A stretch of 64,000 nt of DNA, from contig OZ024744.1 in NCBI GenBank assembly GCA_964016885.1, forward strand, positions 53,630,001 through 53,694,000, in the 5' to 3' direction. Positions within the stretch are counted from its first letter, which is position 1. The number at the start of each line of letters is the position of its first letter. This document shows positions 25,392 to 38,069 of this stretch, piece after piece. The translations under genes and the position numbers were made by a program. Under the pieces are notes generated by a model, which saw only the letters and a list, made by a program, of their open reading frames with translations, searched no databases and was not told the origin of the DNA. The DNA is from Eledone cirrhosa. Its lineage: Eukaryota.

Positions 25392-25468
25392 TTGATGAGC
25401 ACTTATGAGTGAGAAACGGTGCCATCTCAACTCACCTTTTGAAAAGCAGAAGAACTGCGAAACCGGTA
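25392..25468 (+). ncRNA. Degenerate hammerhead-like motif with long stem II
   Basis: TTGATGA-GCA...TGC-GAAA-CCGG-TA. Stem III is the palindrome ACCGGT. Stem I pairing is poor. Confidence 0.45.
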
Positions 25469-25603
25469 AAGGAACCAAATAAATATATATATTTAAAAAA
25501 AAAATAAGACTCCAGTTGCATTTTCGATTCGATATCTTTTTCTTTATACTTTCACTCGTGTAGGACACCTCGGTTATTTTTCATTTTGTAAAAAAAACCT
25601 CAC

Positions 25604-25744
<141 letters not shown>

Positions 25745-25914
25745 TTAAAGATGTACATCCATATATGTATACTGAAATACTAGTATGTATATGAATACAC
25801 ACACGTATACATATGTAGATGTACCAAGTTTTTTCACTGGTCACTTTACTGTGAGTGGCCAGCTATTCTGTATGTAAACACACAGACAAACCGAGAGAGG
25901 CCGGAAGATAGGTA

Positions 25915-25959
25915 AATATTGCTGATTAGTTGTAACAACAACGAAACTAGTTCAATGTT
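25915..25959 (+). ncRNA. Second copy of the same hammerhead with a core mutation (CTGATTA, G8 to U)
   Basis: Identical to 26383-26427 except for one core base. Confidence 0.75.
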
Positions 25960-26382
25960 CCTTGTCTGGCTTTCTGGAGAATAGAGGAAAGGTGTTTCCT
26001 CAAAAACCAGTATGACTCTAAAAACCGGTTTGTCTGTGTGTTTACATACAGAATAGCTGGCCACTCACAGTAAAGTGACCAGTGAAAAAACTTGGTACAT
26101 CTACATATGTATACGTGTGTGTATTCATATACATACTAGTATTTCAGTATACATATATGGATGTACATCTTTAACTTAATTGTTTAAGCGTCAGTCATAC
26201 AAAAGTGAGTTACAAACGAAACGAAGTTTAATTTCGTTTCGTTATTTGTTTTTTATCGTCTCCGTTGAACCGGTACTTACTCACACTCTATGCAAATTGG
26301 TCTGCCCACTACTAATTTTCATAGAAAAAGCATATAACGATATGTGCTTTTACGATTCTCTAGAGAGGCCGGAAGATAGGTA

Positions 26383-26427
26383 AATATTGCTGATGAGTTG
26401 TAACAACAACGAAACTAGTTCAATGTT
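26383..26427 (+). ncRNA. Minimal type I hammerhead ribozyme, intact core
   Basis: Stem I aatattg/caatgtt; CTGATGA; stem II GTTGT-aaca-ACAAC; GAAAC-TA-GT; cleavage triplet GUU. Confidence 0.85.
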
Positions 26428-26716
26428 CCTTGTCTGGCTTTCTGCAGAATAGAGGAAAGGTGTTTCCTCAAAAACCAGTATGACTCTAAAAACCGGTTTG
26501 TCTGTGTGTTTACATACAGAATAGCTGGCCACTCACAGTAAAGTGACCAGTGAAAAAACTTGGTACATCTACATATGTATACGTGTGTGTATTCATATAC
26601 ATACTAGTATTTCAGTATACATATATGGATGTACATCTTTAACTTAATTGTTTAAGCGTCAGTCATACAAAAGTGAGTTACAAACGAAACGAAGTTTAAT
26701 TTCGTTTCGTTATTTG

Positions 26717-26772
<56 letters not shown>

Positions 26773-26812
26773 TATACACACACACAATATATATATGTAT
26801 ATATATATATAT

Positions 26813-26850
<38 letters not shown>

Positions 26851-26934
26851 ATAATAATAAATGTGAAGACTAAAATCCAAAGAGGGCTCGATAAGGATAA
26901 ATATATATTAAATATATAAGAACCATAGAGCAAA

Positions 26935-27122
26935 TATTTATTAAAATAACAGATTAAAGTTTAAGCAAAGAATCGCTGCTTTCACCCTTAACGGGATCTT
27001 CTGAAACTAAAAAGTCAATCTGTAAACGCAGAACTGGATATTTCAAAAAACGTTGCAACCGGAGGAAGACAGGAAGACGATACTTTGGTTCGTGGTAACG
27101 TTCGCTGGCAATGCCAGCGAAC

Positions 27123-27123
<1 letters not shown>
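26935..27123 (-). repeat. Dispersed ~190-bp repeat (PLE 3' tail-like) ending in a perfect 12-bp hairpin
   Basis: Reverse complement of 39056-39235. cgttcgctggca-a-tgccagcgaacg lies at 27099-27123. Confidence 0.75.
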
Positions 27124-27169
<46 letters not shown>

Positions 27170-27192
27170 CATACAAATACATACATACATAT

Positions 27193-27293
<101 letters not shown>

Positions 27294-27991
27294 TCAATAT
27301 ATAAACAGAGAAAGCCTTAAGCGATACTCCGACCAACTCCATCTCACTCAACAAACATTAGGATATACCTAAGTATTATCCCAATTTAGTGTTTGGGGTG
27401 CTAACTAATCAGTATTTCGTGGATAGCTGGTTGTATTATTTTATATGAGACATTATTAAATAAATATCTCTTTCCTTCCAGACAGCGGTTTATATATATA
27501 TATATATTGTAATAATAATAAAATTAAACAGAAAACATAAGTGAAATAGCAACATCACAACTAGTGACTAAGCATAAAATTAAGACATACAAACACACAC
27601 AAAGACCAAACTAATAAAACAAATCAGACACACACAGATAGAACAAACAATAATCACATAAATAAATAAATAAAAAACACACATACACTCCCGGATGTAA
27701 CGCATGCGCAAACTAAGCATACAACACACAACCTCCAAAAACAAATGGTGTAGAACAGTACAAAGGCGAGACACAAAATAAAAACCCAGTCTCCGAGGAA
27801 GTCACAGAATGCGTGACGAAAGAGCTTTGATAATATATAAAGAACCACCCGGTTATCGAAAATTGAAGTTGAAACCAACTGGTACTTGTGTATAACAGAT
27901 ATTGTTATACTTTGGGAGGGTCATGCTGCTAATAAAAACACATGCACCTATTGGTTCCACTTCAATTTTCGATAACTAATTTTCGATAAGG

Positions 27992-29580
27992 ATGGTGCTT
28001 GATGAAATTAGAGCCTCTCAAGGCTTTGGTGAACTTCGTAAAGAGAATGGCGCTCTTTGTAACACCTATAAAATATATTCAAAATTCGTTCACAATTATA
28101 TAAAAAAATTGTGATATAGCCAATCCATCGGCGCTTCGGCTGAAGTACAGGGATGACATGACATGTCTAAGATCATCAAACACCAAGCACAATCTAGAAA
28201 TCCTGACATAGATGTAACTTTTTTAGACGAATACAGCTTTGATCGAGATTCAAGACAAACTGGTAAACATAGAATCACCTTCTCTGCATTTATTAGGCCT
28301 TCCTCGCACCGATAGAACTAATTTTTATGGCCTAAGGAATGATATGTGTGTGAGAAACTTCTTACAACGTAGAAGACCTCATATTTTGTTAACGAAAACA
28401 AGCCAAAACTACTAGTTGATCAAAAAGCATTATACTTGAGTCAATTACACAACATAATGGTGGCCTATATGTTGTTGGTGCTCCGGGTGGAACTGGTAAA
28501 CCTTCTTTATAAACCTATTGTTGTCTAATTCGACAAGAATAAAAAATGGCTTTAGCGGTTGCTTCATTTGAAATAGCCACCTTGAGGCTGGATAGCTTAT
28601 TCTACTTTCAAATTGGACTTGTGCTTAAGTTTGAATGAAATATCCGTGTGTCCTATAAAGAAGGACACAGGATCTGTCATGGGTCAATCATGGGAGGGAT
28701 CACTGCCTCTTTACTAGGGGACTTGCGACAAACTTTACCTGCGATATCAAAGAGGACTCGCGCCGCTCAAGTTACTACTTGCCTAAAATCGTCAACCTTA
28801 TGACCACGTTTCACCAAACTCAATTTAAGAACCAGGATGCGGCCACACCTTCACGGTGGCAACGTTTTTGCAGAGGTTGCTCGAAAGTTTTTGAAACTTG
28901 TCATAATATCGTTTTATACTGATGGTGTTTTGATCGTTCATTATTTTTTACTTTGTGGAAAGCGCTGGTAGATTAATTAATCAAGTCGTCCCCAATTTCG
29001 AAATCTTCCATTTCAACGAGGAATGGCTGTGTGAAAAACCAATTCTTGCAACACCCCCCCCCCCCCCAGCCTCCAAAAAAAGACATCACAGTAAATGCCA
29101 TCAACAAATATCTCTCCTAACTGATCCCAGGATATACCCAGACCAACAAATCTATCGACAACGTTGTCAACGGGAAAAACGCTGTTAATTATCTCGTTGA
29201 ATTTTTAAAAATCACACAACCTTGAATTGAAGAAGAGCGCAGTCTTCGTGTTTCACAGAAACCTGGATCAGCCAAGATTGAGCAATGGGACGTGTGCTTA
29301 TGCCTGAACTACAGACTAACATTGTCAAAGCCAAAATCCTCACTGGGTGTAGTAAGGGAGACATTTGTATTCATACTTAGAATACGGCTAATAACAACAG
29401 ATGTAGCCTTTTATTTCAAATGAATGCAATTCCCAGTGATAGTCAGTTATGTAATGGCCGTTAACAAGTCCCAACGTCGAAAACTGGAGGTTGTCGGTCT
29501 CCATCTAGAAGAGGGCTGTTTCTCACATGCTCCATTGTATGTAGGTTGTTCCAGAGTAGGAAGTCCCACATACCCTTCAT
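27992..29580 (+). mobile_element. Heavily decayed Helitron Pif1-helicase region
   Basis: GAPGGTGK near 28477; QFPVIVSYVMAVNKSQ...GLHLEEGCFSHAPLYVGCSRVG. Confidence 0.82.
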
Positions 29581-29989
29581 ATATGCGTGTGGTGCGTTTG
29601 TATGTCTATGTGTGTGTATGTAAAAAGGAAACGGAAACAACAAAGCAAATGACACAGTACAATGAAGAAATATATTAGTTCTTCAGAAGATAGAATGAGA
29701 AATAAAAGATGAACGATAGAGAATGAGAAGAGGAATTAACGAACAAATTATTTAAGAAAAAGTACGTCTATATTGAGTGAGCCAATATAATAGGTAGTAT
29801 TTGTTGTTTTTTGTTGTTGTTTTTCACATTAAGAATCTTGCAAAACAAATACATAAACGAATATAATAACTGTGTTAGAAAATAGTAACCTAAGTAAACA
29901 TGTTCAGTCGAACTCCCACTGTCATCGCCTCCATCTCTCTCACCATCCCCATCTCTCCGTATGGTGAGCAAATGGGGTCCCACGTGCTG

Positions 29990-30385
29990 GCCTCCTCACA
30001 GCCACGGCGGACAGAATGGAGAAGGCGTTTCTCAGGAGGATGGTAAGTCGCTGGAAGAGCCATTCCAATTCGCGACGCTCATACCTGTGGCTGGCCAGCT
30101 CAGCGCCTATGGTGGTGAGTAGGGAGGTAGCCCTAGGGCCAAGGGCACCAGAAGTCTACACTGCCAAAAGCACGACCACGAACCTGTCGGTGAGCGACCG
30201 GTACTTGGAGAGTTTGGCCTCCTCAGCCCGACGTGCAGCAGTACCTGGGTTAGTCGCAGACTGTGCCAGGTTGCGGCTGAAGAAAGTGTCGCTGCAAGTG
30301 GTATCCCAGACGAGGGGTTTGCCACCTTGGAACGGGAAGATGGTCATACCGTCTGGCCTTTTGCCGTCCCCTCAGTCCAGCCTCT
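29990..30385 (-). mobile_element. CRE-like non-LTR retrotransposon RLE C-terminus
   Basis: DGKRPDGMTIFPFQGGKPLVWDTTCSDTF...AARRAEEAKLSKY...GALGP. Confidence 0.75.
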
Positions 30386-31412
30386 AACAAAAAAAAAATG
30401 TAATAATGGAATGCTTGCAAAGAGGTAACATTTCGCCCATTTAACACAACTTTATAAACTTATATGTATTACCTATATATTATTTATGAGATAAGGCTTA
30501 ATATCATTTTGGTTTCTTTTATTTATTAACATTTCTTAACGGTATGTTCGTAATAAGATAATTATGACCAGCCCTGTATATTGTTTTTGCCCAAGAAGTG
30601 CTCGTGTTTTTCAGGTTGCTTTATCTGGCATGTCATTTCCTGCATGTTATATCCGGCATGTCTATGTTCATATCAATTGTTAAAATATTTCTTTTATTTT
30701 TATAATCTCTTTGCTTTTGTCGGTGTAGTATTTTCTTAATATTTGACTAAATGTTTTGTTTGTTATTATTATTTTTACTTTTTATATTAGAGTATTTCTC
30801 TTTCATATTCTGCACAGTAAGGTGTGGTCTACACTGTTTACATTTTGTCAATTTTTGTATTATATTATTTTTTAACTGATATATTTTCTTTTCAGGTTTT
30901 GGTGACAGGGTATCTTACTCTATTAGGGTTGAACTCCGTTTGCATCGCTACTTCCATGGATGGCCACTCAATGAAACGGATTATTATTTCACTTATTGAT
31001 GTTTGGGTTTGCTTCAGTGGGCATAATTTTGTTTTGGTGGGGTAGAGCTGTCATCTATATTTGCCTATTATTCCTAATAAATGTTTGTATATTCGTGGAT
31101 TGGAGAAATGTTTCCATTGATCCATGATTATTGGTGTTTGTAATGGTCACGCTTCTATTTTCTTTATTGCCGCTGTTAGATCCGTTACATTACATTCTCT
31201 GCATTATTGACACATATTGTTCTCTGCAAATATGTTTCTTATTTTCTTTAATGTTTATTGATATGTAATGGCAGTCAAAAATATATTTCATTATGGTTGG
31301 ATGTTTGCACGGTTCTTTCCTTAGCCTCTTCAGCCTCTCTCTTCTATGTTCTTCATCTTCGTTTATACTTTATAGTATTGTATTGTATACCCTCTCCCCC
31401 CCCCCCCCCGCT

Positions 31413-31456
<44 letters not shown>

Positions 31457-31732
31457 AAATCTGTGTGTTTAAGTGTGCATGTACGTATATGCATGTGTGA
31501 GTTTATATCACTCTTTCTTTCTCTTCATACACACAGATAGAGATAGATAGGTAGATAGATAGATAGATAGATATGTGGTAGTAGTAGGTTGGTAAAGATA
31601 TCCAAGGTATAGAGCAACTCATGTCCGTAGGGCGATATTTAATATAATTATTAAGGCTAGTTAATACAACAGTGCCATACATATCAGGTACGTACGATTC
31701 GTATCCTCGATCTATTTTATTTCTCATTCTTT

Positions 31733-31767
31733 TCTCTGATGAAGGACTAGCGTCCGAATCGTTAAGA
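31733..31767 (+). ncRNA. Minimal PLE-type hammerhead remnant (GAAT instead of GAAA)
   Basis: tct-CTGATGA-a-GGAC-tagc-GTCC-GAAT-cgtta-aga. Confidence 0.6.
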
Positions 31768-31857
31768 CCCTCTTCCTGTTATATCAAGCGTTAACCTAAT
31801 ATATACCTTCCATATACGGTACCGATTGTGTTGTTATTTCTGTTTACCTTTTACATA

Positions 31858-32011
<154 letters not shown>

Positions 32012-32180
32012 CAATACATTTAGAAACACACAGATACATGCGGACACACACATATACATGAATGCATCCACATCCAACCGTGAGCTAATAGTGCCAACCT
32101 TACCGATGTTGCTCAATGAATGACTGGGGCAGACCAATCCGGTTGAACAAGACTGAACCAGTATCAGAGTTAAAAATACA

Positions 32181-32571
32181 TTATGAAGAGAGAAGAAACA
32201 TTTAGATATAATTAGTAATAAAATGTATTATACCTAAACTGCTCCTAGATTCCTCGACTACGTAGTTTCGTGGCATAAACAAAAACAGTACATCATAAAG
32301 ATATAGAGCCTTTGCGAGGTCTGCCGACTTATCAAGACGATACCTCATTTTACTAGCTTCAAGAACGCGTCTACACGACGTGAGAAAGAATCCCAAAAGG
32401 CGGAGGGGGAGATAGTCACGCGATATAACGGTCGAGAAACAGAGCTAAGCCTCTTATAACCCCGAAGAAAATACCACGGAGGCGGAGGGGGTATTTAGTC
32501 GAGGAATCTAGGAGCAGTTTAGGTATAATACATTTTATTACTAATTATATCTAAATATTTCTTCTCTCTTC

Positions 32572-32576
<5 letters not shown>
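32181..32576. mobile_element. Fold-back non-coding element with ~80-bp inverted arms and an internal hammerhead, followed by (TA)n
   Basis: 32181-32260 is the reverse complement of 32496-32576. Confidence 0.8.
32251..32340 (-). ncRNA. Type I hammerhead variant: U3-A8 core, long stem II, palindromic stem III
   Basis: tcgtc-TTGATAA-GTcGGCA...TGCCAC-GAAA-CTACGTAG-TC-gagga. Confidence 0.7.
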
Positions 32577-32647
<71 letters not shown>

Positions 32648-32886
32648 AATGAAAATAGAGAAATGAATGTGAGCAAGAAGCCAACAGTAAAGTGATTATA
32701 AGGTCAAGATGGAAAATATTTAACGTAAGATATGGGAAAATAATTCAATCTCAATTCAAAAAAAGTCAAGACAGAAATTTAATCCACAGATTTTGTGAAA
32801 TCCAGGGAAAAAAACCCAATAGAGTCATAACTCAGAATAAAATTAAGGGTTAATACTTATCCTTCAATTTGGAAAAATCTACAATT

Positions 32887-32967
32887 GCTCTATATAGTCT
32901 TAAAAAGACGATTTCACGAAACTTTTCACTGGGGTTAGTCACCTTTGGAGTCGTTCATCAGTAGAGC
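32887..32967 (-). ncRNA. Hammerhead-like motif with long stem II and displaced stem I
   Basis: gctcta-CTGATGA-ACGA...TCGT-GAAA-TCG-TC-(14 nt)-tagagc. Confidence 0.5.
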
Positions 32968-33092
32968 TCAAACAACGATTACCAAATTCACCAGAAAGGG
33001 AATTTAAAAGCAGGCTAGTTACACTTCGTGTGGAATTAAGATAATAAACACACATGGAGAACAGGGCTAGTGACGTATATATATATATATAT

Positions 33093-33262
33093 ATAGGAAA
33101 ATGTACAAGATCCCGACGGCAGAGCTCAAGAAACAGCCGTCGAAACGGCTTGAGCTCTGCCGTCGGGGTCTTATACATTTTCCTATTACCCACTCTACTA
33201 CCCTTAGTATTGAGTACTCTGGTGCGTTATGGTCCATCTGGTTCCTTACCACACTTCCTTCG

Positions 33263-33263
<1 letters not shown>
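33093..33263. repeat. (TA)n-flanked mini element with a 38-bp-arm near-perfect palindrome (33093-33186)
   Basis: ataggaaaatgtacaagatcccgacggcagagctcaag / cttgagctctgccgtcggggtcttatacattttcctat. Confidence 0.85.
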
Positions 33264-33358
<95 letters not shown>

Positions 33359-33425
33359 ACACACACACTGGCCACTGAAATGTGCATAGTGTTTGCATAA
33401 ATAAATAATTAAGGGAATTTAAAGC

Positions 33426-33464
<39 letters not shown>

Positions 33465-33472
<8 letters not shown>

Positions 33473-33805
33473 CAAAATATTAATAAATGAAGACGTTCAC
33501 GTAATCAAAATATATGTTTTATTATATATATTTCGGAGGTACTGTGCTGTTTTTTCAGTACGTCCTCATCAGATAAAATATATGAATTGATGTATGACAT
33601 ACCTCAACTGTCTTGATGGTTGAAATCGAGTATTGGAATTATTATTATATATAATAAAACATATATTTTGATTATGTGAACGTCTTCATTTATTAATATT
33701 TTTAACAATATTAATAACTCCAGAAAACATCACAGTAGAGTGCTTTTAATCTATTGTAAAACTATATTCATTGATTACTCAATGAACCATATTAATCTTT
33801 GGTCA
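33465..33805. mobile_element. (TA)n-flanked fold-back element with a hammerhead
   Basis: 33465-33531 is inverted at 33645-33712. Confidence 0.8.
33517..33578 (-). ncRNA. Type I hammerhead ribozyme, intact core
   Basis: ttttat-CTGATGA-GGAcGTACTG-loop-CAGTACcTCC-GAAA-TATATA-TA-ataaaa. Confidence 0.82.
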
Positions 33806-35654
33806 TATATACACACACACACACACATATATATATATATGATTTCATCCAGAGAAGAAACGAGGGATTACATTTGATGTGATGTATATTGTTTGATGTA
33901 TTGTTGTTGTATTGTATGTTGTGTTGTATAATGTCTGATGTATTACCTATTGTTTGATATGTTGTATATCATTGTTCATATTTGATCTGATGTTGTGAGT
34001 TATTAGTTCTGTTTGATGTGATGTAATGTATACCGTTGTACAACGGTATTTAATGTATGATAACATGTCAGTAGGTTCTAAACTGACTACTGGATCTAAT
34101 TAATGACGCTTCTAGTAACATTACACTCTACCTTGTTATTCTTTGTTATCATGAATCCTATAACTCTGCTACATATTGTTTTATAACTTACTTTCGATTG
34201 TATTCCAGATGGGAGTGGTTTTTTTGGTAGTAGGGGTATTGGTCATGGGGGGGGGGGTTACGATAGTGTTACTGTTGCTGTTGTTGTTATAGTTGGTGTT
34301 GTTGTCATTTTTGTTATTAGATGTGGTGGTTGTGGTGAGATTTTGTTGGTGGTTGTAACTTTAGTGGCGATGATGGAGGGGTGGACGTAGTGGTTGTGGT
34401 GGCGGTTGTAGTGGTGATTATGGTGGAGGTTATGGTGGTGATGGTTGTGGCAGCAGCGATGAAGGAGAAGGAAGAAGAGATGATATGTTGACGGTTGCGG
34501 TAATGGCGGCTTTGGAGGTAGATTGGTGGTGGTTTTAAACTGTCGTCAAGGTGAGGTGAGGTGAGGTGAGGTGAAATGGGGTGAGATGAGGTGAGGTGTG
34601 GAGAGGATGGGAACAGTGTTGGTAATGGAAAGGAGAAGGATGCCTCGTTAATCGCAAGACTTGTTTATACAAAGGTTAATATAGTAGAGATCAAACAATG
34701 GGGATTAATCTAGGGAAAATATTTCACTAAGAATCAAGATTAAATTTATATTTATTTTTATTTTGCTGGGTGGAATTGTTAGTGGGATGTCGCGGGTAAG
34801 ACGTGGAGCTCGTTTTGTGTTGTAGTTGTGGGTGTTATAGATGTTGTGGTTGCTGTTGTTGTTGTGGATGTTAGTTATAGAAAGGGATGTTTTAGTTGTT
34901 GTCGTTGACATAGATGCCGTTCTTGCTATGGTTGTTGTAATTGATGATATTGTAATTGTTGTGGTTGTTTCATTTGATGTTGTTATTGTTATTTGTTGTC
35001 GTCGGCACAGTAGTTATACATGATGTTTGTTTTCATTTTGGGGATGTATATTGTTGTGGTTGTTCTTATTGTTTGTTACTATGGATGCTTTTGATAGTTG
35101 TTGTTGTGGTTGTTGTCATTTTTGTTGTAGTTTTCCCCTATCGATTTATAATCTTTATTTGTTTGTTTTTATTTCGTTTTATTGATTTTATTTGCCTTGT
35201 ATTGTTGTGTTTGTTTTACCCGACAATGAATAAACAATATTAAAACCTAGACAGTTGTTGGTGTTCATCATGTTGTTGTTGTTGTTAGTCGAGCTGCTAC
35301 TACTGCATATGTATATCGTTGTATTACTTTCTCACCCCTCTCTCACTCCCTACCCCTCTCTCACTCCCTACCCTCTCCCTCGCTCTATATACATATAAAG
35401 AATGTTATATGTTTATATAAATGTATACTCAAGCACACACATATATATATATATATTTATATAGATAGATAGATGTGTGTGTGTGTATGTGTTTGTGTGT
35501 ATGTGTTTGTGTGTGTGTGCGTGTGTGTAACGAAATAAACAACTTGCAAAATAAAAATAAATTTCCAAAGCAATAAACAAGTAACGATAAACATATATTC
35601 CTACATACATAATAACAAATTTATTCTCTCATACATATATATGTTTATATATAT

Positions 35655-35751
<97 letters not shown>

Positions 35752-35810
35752 GTCAGGTAAAATCCCGACCGCAACGCGAAGCGGTTTCAGATTGTGTGTT
35801 CAGCAACCCA

Positions 35811-35859
<49 letters not shown>

Positions 35860-35864
<5 letters not shown>

Positions 35865-36060
35865 TCATCCTCATCATCATCATCATCATCACCATTTTTC
35901 GTCAATTTTTCTACGCTAGCTTGGGTTAGACGAGTTGTTCAGTTGTGGATAATGGTAGGTCAGCTGACCATGTCTTGCACATACAGAACTGATTTTGGCT
36001 TGGCTTCTACAGCTGGAAGCCCTTCCTAAGGCCAACCTCATTTACAGTGAGTACTGGGTT
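35860..36060 (-). mobile_element. Probable 3' end of an RTE-type LINE/SINE with a (GAT)n tail
   Basis: An (ATC)n tract adjoins ttctacagctggaagcccttcctaaggccaacc, recalled as a common octopus repeat end. Confidence 0.45.
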
Positions 36061-36199
36061 ATATATATATATAAATATATATCTGTGTGTGTGTGTGCGC
36101 GTGCGTGTGTTTGTGTGTGAGTGTGTGTGTGTGTGTGTGTTGTATGTTTGAATGTATATACTTATGTATGTGCAGCGCTACATACGAGATGACCTAGAC

Positions 36200-37560
36200 A
36201 TGATGAATCATCTCCCCAAAACAGTAAGTGAACACAAATAATTTTTCCCTTTGATGTTGTACACGAATATACCCCATAACCATGGATTAGCTACAATTGA
36301 ATATTGTCTAGACACATACCAATCCAAATTACCGATACGCATTAAAGAAGACTTGATCTTTGATGGACTCAAATTAATTCTACATAACAATTACTTTTTG
36401 TTCAATGGATCTGTATACTGACAAATATCGGGACCTGCAATGGACATGGAAGTAGTCCCTATATACACCAATTTAATTATGGGATTCAATGGACAAAATA
36501 TGTATAGTCAATCTGTATTATTATCGGGAGACTCATTTCACACACAACTAAAAAAAACAACTGGAAAAGGTACCTGGACGATTTCTTGGGTTAGACGAGT
36601 TGTCCTGTTGTGGGCACTGCCAGGTCAGCTTGATACACACACAGAACTCAAAAATGTGATAAATAACCTTAACAGCAACATCCAATTCACAATTGAGTTT
36701 AATACCAAGGAACTAACCAGGTGAGATATCACAATTTCAAAAACAAGGGGAAGAATAGAAACAGACATTTTCTATAAACCCAAAGACTCCGAACGACACC
36801 TTCTTTTCACATCAAGCTATCTCAAGCATACGAAACTGAGTAATGTAGCTAAAAAGATTTGCGTAATAGTATCAAACCCAACCAAACACGAGCAAAGACT
36901 GGATGAACTGAAAATCATATTCATCCCACTGGGTTCAATCACTAACGGATTAGAAACCAGGGAAAATGTTTTACCACATGTCTTAACCTTCAACCCCCAA
37001 AATATCGAGATGTTTGACCACCTCCGCAAAAACATTTTCTATTCTATATGAAGAAGAAAAACTGAAAAATATTCTAGAAGCACACAAAAGCATCAAAAGT
37101 AAAAGCCAGTCTAAATACTAAAACCTATCCTTAATCAGGGAAAAAACACAAACAAATCACCAGCCCCACTGTTACGAAATACGGAAGAACAAATTGTGGT
37201 GCCTGATTATACCTAATTGAAGGACCAGAATTGAAATTCAAGAATGATAAACTTTCAGAATAAAAAAAAAAAAACTCACCTGCAACTCGGAAAACCTAAT
37301 CTATGTGATTACATGCTGTGGATGTCTGCAAAATTACATAAGGCAGACGGATATATTGCGCAAAAGAATAACCATATACTGCCAACTAATCTATAATGAA
37401 AAACACAAGACAAATCCCTTTAAGCAACATGTGCAGGATTAGACTTACCTAAGTTTGAAATTTCTCCACTCTACAAATGCTCAGATTCTTTCACTCAACA
37501 GCAGAAAATAAATATAGAAAAATCAATTCATAAAAAAATGTAAACCACGATCAAATATAC
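36200..37560 (+). mobile_element. Decayed Penelope-like element: RT plus C-terminal GIY-YIG endonuclease
   Basis: LYTNIPHNHGL, NNYFLFNG..Y*QISGPAM, WKRYLDD, IETDIFYKP, LTCNSENLIYVITCCGCLQNYIRQT. Confidence 0.85.
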
Positions 37561-38069
37561 AATCGACGCCATTAGACAATGGATAGTGATCTATAGATGA
37601 GAATAACCAATCTACACACACTTATAAGCAAACCTATTCATTGACACACACACCCACACAATAGAAAAGAAAAATGATAATTCCAAGGAAATCTCTACTA
37701 AAAACGTTTTTCCTTACTTTTTCTTTTCTTTCTCCTTTTTCTTTTTCTACTTCTACAAAACCCTCTGAAACCCTTTGCGCATCCAAGGCCACTTTCAATC
37801 ATGTTAATAGCTATATGTGTATTTGTATTTTTATTTTTCCTTCACTTATTTTTGCTTTTATCTGCAAACCTTAAACAGAATCTTGATCAAGGGAGCCCCA
37901 CTCGTGCGCGCATACACACTCACACACAACTAAAATATCATCTGGGCCATTAATATGAATAGAAAAGAATTTGGTTGACTGTGCTGCATCCAGGATGATA
38001 ACTGCACTCTTCATCAGCAAGCTTGGACTCGACAATCTCCCCGGAACTCGGCAGAAGTCGCATGGTCTT

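Noticed and set aside
30860-31045. Strong splice-acceptor-like site (pyrimidine tract plus ttcag) and a 73-aa ORF
   Set aside because: No recognisable protein or donor site; probably the antisense strand of an A-rich decayed repeat.
34200-35330. GT-rich low-complexity region with hydrophobic ORFs (similar at 2110-2740 and 56200-56440)
   Set aside because: Probably antisense of Thr/Asn-rich LINE ORF1-like remnants; there is no diagnostic motif to support a call.
35775-35812. Helitron-like 3' hairpin
   Set aside because: It ends in CCAG rather than CTRR, and no matching 5' end was found.
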